Positions 56,141 through 64,000 of a stretch of 64,000 nt of DNA are shown here, piece after piece. Numbering within the stretch: position 1 is the stretch's first letter; the number at the start of each line of letters is the position of its first letter. The notes beneath the pieces are model-generated. The model searched no databases, was not told where the DNA came from, and saw only the letters and a program-made list of their open reading frames with translations. The DNA is from the human T2T-CHM13v2.0 reference genome, Homo sapiens, in assembly GCF_009914755.1 (NCBI RefSeq), contig NC_060947.1. One strand, 5' to 3'. The translations under genes and the position numbers were made by a program.

Positions 56141-57212
56141 ATACATGCCAGTCACTGTGCCAAGTGCTTTCCATACATTACCCACATCCTGCCAGTTCTG
56201 CCAGACAGGGCTTACCAAACCCATTCCATAGATGCAGAACCTAAGGCTCATAGGATTTAGTAATGTGCCCAAGTCACACTGCTAGTAATGACAGGGCTGG
56301 GATGAGAACACTGGTCTGAGTTAGTCAAAAGCCCACACTGTGCCACTCCTCTCAGACAAAGGATGACCTTGTTCCTTAATTAACTTTTCCTCTCGTTACT
56401 GCAAAATGTACCAGAGGCAATAAAAAGAAAGACTGTGGCCAAACTATTGGACTGTAATATATAGCCAGAACAATAAAAATATCAAAATAAATGGAAGGTT
56501 TGAGTAAGGAAAAAAATAATATTTTGATGACATAATTTACATACATATGTGATGTCCAATAAATTCAAAAAATGAGGAGGTACAAAAAAATCATCTGAGC
56601 CACTTCCTTAGAAAAAGTAAATATATCACAACAGAAGTTACATGAGACCCTAAATCTGGCTGGGCAAGAATAGGAGATGGACATTTGCTTTTTCTCTTAT
56701 AGCCTACCACCTATCCTGGGCCCCCTGCCTTGTGCTGTAGATTTCCCATATTGCATCACTCCTAGGGCAGGGGCCTGTTCTCTGAAAGGTTTGCAGAGAG
56801 GACACTGCTCAAGAGTTTGCAGAGATGTGGCATTTCCCAGGAAGCCTTTAATCCCACTGGCAAGAGCCTGTATGAGGACATACATAAATCAGGACTGGAA
56901 AAACAAACACTGCAGAATATTGGTTATTACCAAAAGACTATCCCCTGCCTGCTTTCAGACCTAGAGGGTCCCAGGCAGAACTGTCAGGATGAGCATCCTC
57001 TCATTTATTTTTCACAGTTGTCAGGAACTTGAGAGCTTTAGCCTAAGGAGGGCAAGCTTAGGTCAGGAGAGAGATAAGACCCAAGATCTGTTAGATACAA
57101 ATGCCAGATCCCTTAAAAGTAATTAAGAAAGCACCCATCCAGAACACCGGGGTCCCGAAGAGTTCAGGCCCTGCTGTTGACCCCTGGAGGTCCTGAATTC
57201 CATGGCTGGATG

Positions 57213-57695
57213 AAATATAGAGAGGCCTTGAAAGATGAAGCAGAGAGAGCCTGAGCCAGAGCTGCAGCCAGGGCTGTGCTACTGCCATGGCCATGGCACA
57301 TACCAGAGCCACGTCCAGCTGCTCCTCCTACATCTAGTGAGATCTGAGACAGATTCTTCACTTTGTAGTTGAAAAGATAAGTCAACATTCTAAGTAGTGG
57401 AGAGTCAATTTTGACCTAGGGCAAACATATTGTATGTCTTATTTTTGTTTTTGCTCTACTTGAATAATTGGAAGATGTATCTTTTTTATTTTTGGTACTT
57501 TTAAAATGTATTCATTTTAATAGAAGATTTATTTAGCTTCAGTATCTGTGTTTATGAATAACATGGATAACATATTTATTTCTGTTTTCCATATATAAAT
57601 GTAAAAGTGCTGGTATTTTTTTATCAACAAACTGAAAATCCTTAGGTCTCTCTTTGTGGTCCAGAACAAGATAACATAGCATATGAATAAGGACT
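57213..57695 (+). pseudogene. MAGE-B remnant: last codons (KYREALKDEAERA*) plus 3' UTR
   Basis: Parallels MAGEB2 51850-52260 (gccttgaaagatgaag...tgagccagag...cagattcttcactttgta); UTR homology resumes at ~60565-60900 after nested insertions. Confidence 0.85.
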
Positions 57696-57997
57696 TTTTT
57701 ATTGTGTAAATTTAAGTTGTACAGTAGGACGTTTTGATATACATATATGGCCATGCACCACATGATGATGTTTCAATCAGGACCACATATACAATGGCAG
57801 TCTCGTAAGATTATAATGGAGCTAAAAAACTGTATTGTTTACATGTGTGTGGTGATGCTGGTGAAAACAAACCTACTGCACTATCAGGCCTATAAAAGTA
57901 TAGCACATACAATTATGTGCAGTACATAGCGCTTGATACTGATAATAAACAACAATGTTACTGGTTTATATCTTTATTATACTATAGTTTTTTTTAA

Positions 57998-58045
57998 ATC
58001 AGGTTGGTGCAAAAGTAATTACATTTTTTGCCATTAAAAGTAATA
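57998..58045. mobile_element. Half MADE1 mariner MITE
   Basis: aggttggtgcaaaagtaattacattttttgccatta matches one Hsmar1 TIR. Confidence 0.75.
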
Positions 58046-58146
58046 AGAATTGAGATGGGGTAGTAGTAGTAATAATATTCTAGTAATACTAAATAAGTAG
58101 TAATATTAATAGGTAGTACTATTAAAATATTAATATTAATTAATAA

Positions 58147-58552
<406 letters not shown>

Positions 58553-59799
58553 TAAGAGATGACAGCTCCATGCGTATTATTGTCCCTGAAGACCTTCCAG
58601 TGGGACAAGATGTGGAGGTAGAAGACAGTGATATTGATGATCCTGACCTTGTGTAGGCCTAGGCTAATGTGGGTGCTTTTGTCTTCATTTTTAACAAAAA
58701 CGTTTAAAAATTTAAAAAGTAAAAATAGAAAAAAGCTTATAAAATAAGAATATAAAGAAAGAAAATATTTTTGTACAGCTGTACAATGTGCTTATGTTTT
58801 AAGCTAAGTGTTACTACAAAAGAGTCAAAAAGCTAAAAAAAATTAAGAAGTTTCTAAAGCAAAAAAAGTTACAGTAAGCTAAGGTTAATTTATTGTTAAA
58901 GAAAGAAAACTATGCTTGAGAATTTAGTGTAGTCTAACTGTACAATGTTTATTAAGTCTATAATAGTGTACAGTAATGTCCCAGGCCCTCACATTCACTC
59001 ACTATTCAATCACTGGCTCACCCAAAGCAACTTCCAGTTCTGCAAGCTACATTAATGGTAAATACTCCACACAGGTGTATGATTTTTAACAATCTTTTGT
59101 ACCATATTTTTTACTGTACCTTTTCTGTGTTTAGGTACACAAATACTTAGCACCGTGTTACATTTGCCTATAGTTTTCAGTGCAGTCACATGCTGCACAG
59201 GTTTGTGGCCTAGGAGCAATAGGCTACACCAAATAGCCTACGTGTGTAGTAGGCTATATACCACCTAGGTTTATGTAAGTATACTCTATTATATTTGCAC
59301 AACAATGAAATTGCCTAACAACGCGTTTCTCAGAAAGTATCTTCATTGTTAAGCAATGCATTACAGTACATGGTGAAATGCTTACTACAGGTAAGCAATT
59401 TAATATATCCATTATATCATATAGTTACCTTGTTTTGTGGTAAGAGCAGCTAAAATCTACTCTTAGAAAATTTGCAGTATGCAATACAATATTACTAACT
59501 GTAGTCCTCATACTGTACTTTAGATCTCTAGATTTATTCGTCTTATAAAACTGCAACTTTGTACTGTTTGACATGCATCTCTGCATCCCCTCCCCACCCT
59601 GCCTCTGGTAACTACTGTTTTATTCTCTTTTTCTATGTATTTAACATTTTTTTCTTTTTCGATTTTACATATAAGAGATATTAATAGCATGCAGCATTTT
59701 TCTTTCTGTGTCTGGTTTATTTCATTCAGCATAACGTCCCCCAAGTTCATCTGTGTTGTTGCAATGGCAGAATCTCTTTCTTTTTCAAGGCTAAATAAC

Positions 59800-60062
59800 A
59801 TTTTTTTAAATTTTATCTTAGTTTCAGGGGTACATGTGCAGGTTGTTATATAGGCAATTGCATGTCATGGGGGTCTGGCGTACAGATTATTTCATCACCC
59901 AGGTAATAAGCATAGTACACAATAGGCAGTTTTTCCATCCTCACCCTACTCCCACCTTCCGCCCTTAAGTAGGCCCCAGTGTCTGTTGTTCCCTTCTTTG
60001 TGTCCATGTGTACTCAATGTTTAACTCCCACAAAGAACATGCAGTATTTGGTTTTCTGTTTC
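59800..60062 (-). mobile_element. Older L1PA 3' fragment, antisense
   Basis: gtttcaggggtacatgtgcaggttg...ttcatcacccaggtaataagcatagtac...gaacatgcagtatttggttttctg. Confidence 0.8.
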
Positions 60063-61618
60063 ATTGTACATATATACCACAATTCCTTTATCCATTCATC
60101 CATTGGTAAACAATTTTGTTGTTGCCGCATCTTGGTCATTGAGAATAATACTGCAGTGAACATGGGGGCACAAATATCTACAGGAGGTGATGATTTCGTT
60201 TCCTTATGCCCAGACAAGGGATTGCTGGGTCATATGGTAGTCCATTTTCAATTTTTTGAGAAAGCTCATACTGTATTCTAGAATGGCTGTACCAATTTGC
60301 ATTTCCACCAATAGTGTAGAAGCGTTCCATTTTCTCTACACTCTTGCCAACATTCATCTCCAGTGGGTTTTTGTTTGGTTGTTTTTGTTTTATTTTTTTA
60401 TAATAGCCTTCCTAACTTGTGTGAGGTGATATCTCGCTGTGGTTTTGATTTGCATTTCCCTGATGGTTAGTGATGTTGAGCACATCTTTGTATAGCTATT
60501 GGACATTTTTATGTCTTCTTTGAGAAATGTCATACAAGTAGTGAATTTTCTTGAGTACTGATTATGTTGGAAATGTGATTGAATACTGTATTAAAAATTG
60601 TTGAGATCAAAAAATTTTTTTAAAAAAGGTTGTCTATTCTTGGTTTGCCTAATTCCTTTTAGTCTTTCTTCTTATAAAATTAAGAGTTACATATCTGGAT
60701 TTGCTTAGATTATTAAAGAATGTAGGAGAGATTAAATCCTAATTTATTGGACTTCATACTCACTCTCTTGTTTATTCCTTAATCATTAATTGAGCATCAG
60801 CTCTTTGGAAGTCTTCATGTTAGTACTGGGAATGTTTTCCCCAAAACAAATCAATTTCTTGCCCATTTAATTTTAGAGTCTGGGAGCAGCTGTCATAAAA
60901 AAAAAAAAGATGATGAGGTGCTCTCTAAAACTTAAAGAACAAGTACAAAGGAGGAATGAGAAAAAGAGGAGGTTTGAGATGAGAGCAATCAAGTGTAAAT
61001 GCCCTGAGGCAAGGCAGTTTGGAGTGTTAGGAAACCTCAAGTCCCCCATTGGGAGGTAATTTTAAGGGAAACTACATGGTGGGCTGGATGAGACTGTGGG
61101 AGGGGCCAGGCCCTCAGATGGTGCCTCTCAGAGGTGTGAGACAAAGCCTGGAATGGGAAGTAGTTCTTAACAGTTATTTTGTGCTCACGGATAAACCAGA
61201 GAGAATCTGCACCTGGGGCAGGAATGGAATGTGCCCTGTGCTCTTGTCCCAGTGCAGCAGAACATAGTCACAGTGCACAAACTAGGTGCTTTATACAGTT
61301 GGTGCATTTCAGTGTTGAGAGACTAAGCCCGGAATGGGAAACTATCCCTAACATTTACTTTCCTGTTGTGGGAAAACCAGAGAGAACCCCTACCTAGGAC
61401 AAAAGTGAAAAGTGTTCTATGTCCCTATCCTAGCACAGTCTAATACAGTGCACAACCTAGGTGTTCTATGTACATCATCTCTAGTGAGTTTCTGAGAAAT
61501 AAGGGAGATGACAGCTTCAGGGGAGGTAAGATGCCCAGAAGCCACCGTGCTGGCACTCTTTGTCCTGGGTTGGAGAATCAAGAGCCCGCTCTATTAAAAG
61601 GACTTTCAACAGGGGTGC

Positions 61619-61927
61619 AGCCAGGCATGGTGGTTCATGCCTGTAATCCCAGCACTTTGGGAGGCGAGGCAGGTGGATCTCTTGAGATCAGGAGTTCAAG
61701 ATTAGTCTGGCCAACGTGGTGAAACCCCGTCTCTACCAAAAATACAAAAATTAGTTGGGCGTGGTGGTGGACACCTGTAATCCCAGCTACTAGGGAGGCT
61801 GAGGCACGAGAATCACTTGAGCCCTGAGGCACAGGTTGCAATGAGCCGAGATAGTGCCTCTGCACTCCAGCCTGGGTGACAGAGTGAGACTCCATCTCAA
61901 AAAAAAAAAATAAATAAATAATAAAAA
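61619..61927 (+). mobile_element. Alu (Sz/Jb-like)
   Basis: Two-arm Alu; TSD aacagg(g/a)gtg. Confidence 0.95.
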
Positions 61928-62119
61928 TCAAAACAGGAGTGGTTAACATAGAAGGGTGCCTAGGAGTTAGAAAAAAATATTGGTCATTGACAAAAATTTT
62001 GAGACTTGAGTTGTATCCAATTGGAGAAGGCTCTTCCACAAACACTTTATAAATTATATAATTTTCCTTGCTAAGCAGCATTTTGTTTGATTATAATTTC
62101 TTTGTTTGGAGTTTGGTAA

Positions 62120-63380
62120 TATGCTCAAGTTCACAGGGTGAGTAAGTGACAGGGCTGGGACTAGACTCCTGTTGTGAATTCTTCTAGAGCCCACACTCTT
62201 CATTCTGTTCCTCTCTGCCTGGAGCAGACTTTGTGTTCTTTAATTCACTTTTCTTCTCAATACTTCCAAATATATCTCAGGGGTTAAAAAGAAGGATTCT
62301 GTGCCCAAAGAATTGGATTGGAATACATAGCCAAAGCAATAAAGAATATCAAAATAAATGAAAGCTACAAATAAAGAGGAGAAAGAGATATTATTCAGTG
62401 ACAATATGATCATCTACATATGCACAGTCAGATAACCTCAAAATCAGGGACCACACAATCATCTTGAACAGCTCCTTCCCCTTAAGAAGTAAATCAATTA
62501 AAACAGAAGTCACATAAGAGGCTAGTGCTGGCTATTGAAAAGAGTAAATCAGCATCATTTTTCTCTGACAACCCACCAGCTACCTTGGACTCCCTGCTTT
62601 GTGTTATAATTTCTTTACCTCACATTAGCCCTGGGGCACAGACTTGCAAGGTTTGCAGTAGGAACGCTGCCCAAGAGTTTGCAGGGATGTGGCATTTCCC
62701 AGGAAGCCTTTATTCAGAGAGGCAAGAGAAAATAAGGAGGACACCCATAAATAAATACTGGAAAGACAACCACACCAAAAGATAACGGGGCAATCTACCC
62801 AAACCTCTTCTCAGCCTAGAATGCCCCAGGCAGTGCAGTCAGACTGAGCATCCTCTCTTTTACTACCCTTCAGAGTTCTCAGTGAAGTGAGAGTTTTGAC
62901 CTAAGGTGACCTCAGTTAACTAGAGGGAGGATCCAGGGTCTGGCAGATATCAGGGAGGACCTTGAATGAAGAACAGGAGGAGCCAGAACAGTGATGTCCC
63001 ATAGAAACCCGACTCCGCTGTCTGCCCTCACAGGACCCAAACATCCCTGGCCTAATGTGGCTCATCAAAACTTCAGCCTAGATCTCGGAGGACCTTGATC
63101 TGAGCAGGATTCATGGCATGGAATGTGGAGTCCCAGGACTGGCCAGCAGCGAAGTGAGGTTCTTGAGTGAGTAAAAAAGGGAAAACTAAACCCACAAATA
63201 AGGGGACTTCTCGGAGCCCAATCCATATTTTTAACCCTGGAAAGCCCTAGGCAGAGCTATAAAACTGGCTTGCCTCTCATTTCAGCCTGGCGGATCTCAG
63301 GGAGGGGAAGGCTTTGTCTAACAGGGCAGCCTCAGTTCTTCAGAGGTCTCTTGGCCCTAACTAGAGTCAAGATGAAGACC
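62120..63380 (+). promoter_or_regulatory. Upstream module and first cassettes of the next MAGE-B unit; probable 5' region of MAGEB3 (candidate exon ~63010-63153, donor GAA|GTGAGG)
   Basis: Fourth copy of the module (gcagggatgtggcatttcccaggaagccttta); MAGEB3 assignment rests on recalled cluster order B2-B3-B4-B1, as no CDS is in the window. Confidence 0.5.
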
Positions 63381-63381
63381 A

Positions 63382-64000
<619 letters not shown>

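Overview
Primate (almost certainly human) genomic DNA from the Xp21 MAGE-B cancer/testis cluster. The left ~40 kb is AT-rich, gene-poor sequence built mostly from L1, L2, MIR, Alu, DNA-transposon fossils and ERV solo LTRs (LTR1-like x2, LTR7, MER4E, MLT). From ~40.7 kb to the end lies a tandem array of about five ancestral MAGE-B duplication units, all on the + strand: (A) a decayed MAGE pseudogene split by a MER4-type LTR; (B) intact MAGEB2 (CDS 50931-51890, 319 aa, K61 allele) with a CpG/ETS promoter and non-coding exon 1; (C) a unit that keeps the upstream module and promoter/first-exon cassettes but has no coding exon; (D) a unit where the upstream module abuts only the last codons and 3' UTR of a MAGE gene; (E) the start of a further unit, probably the 5' end of MAGEB3. 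The most interesting structures are a degenerate ~220-bp promoter/first-exon cassette array with repeated splice donors, a fossil C-terminal tail behind the MAGEB2 stop codon (inferred CGA>TGA/CAA CpG decay), and a fossil 76-nt intron with a GT>GC donor. I did not find a convincingly new biological system. Repeat subfamily names come from recalled consensus sequences, not from a search, and repeat boundaries are approximate unless a TSD is given.
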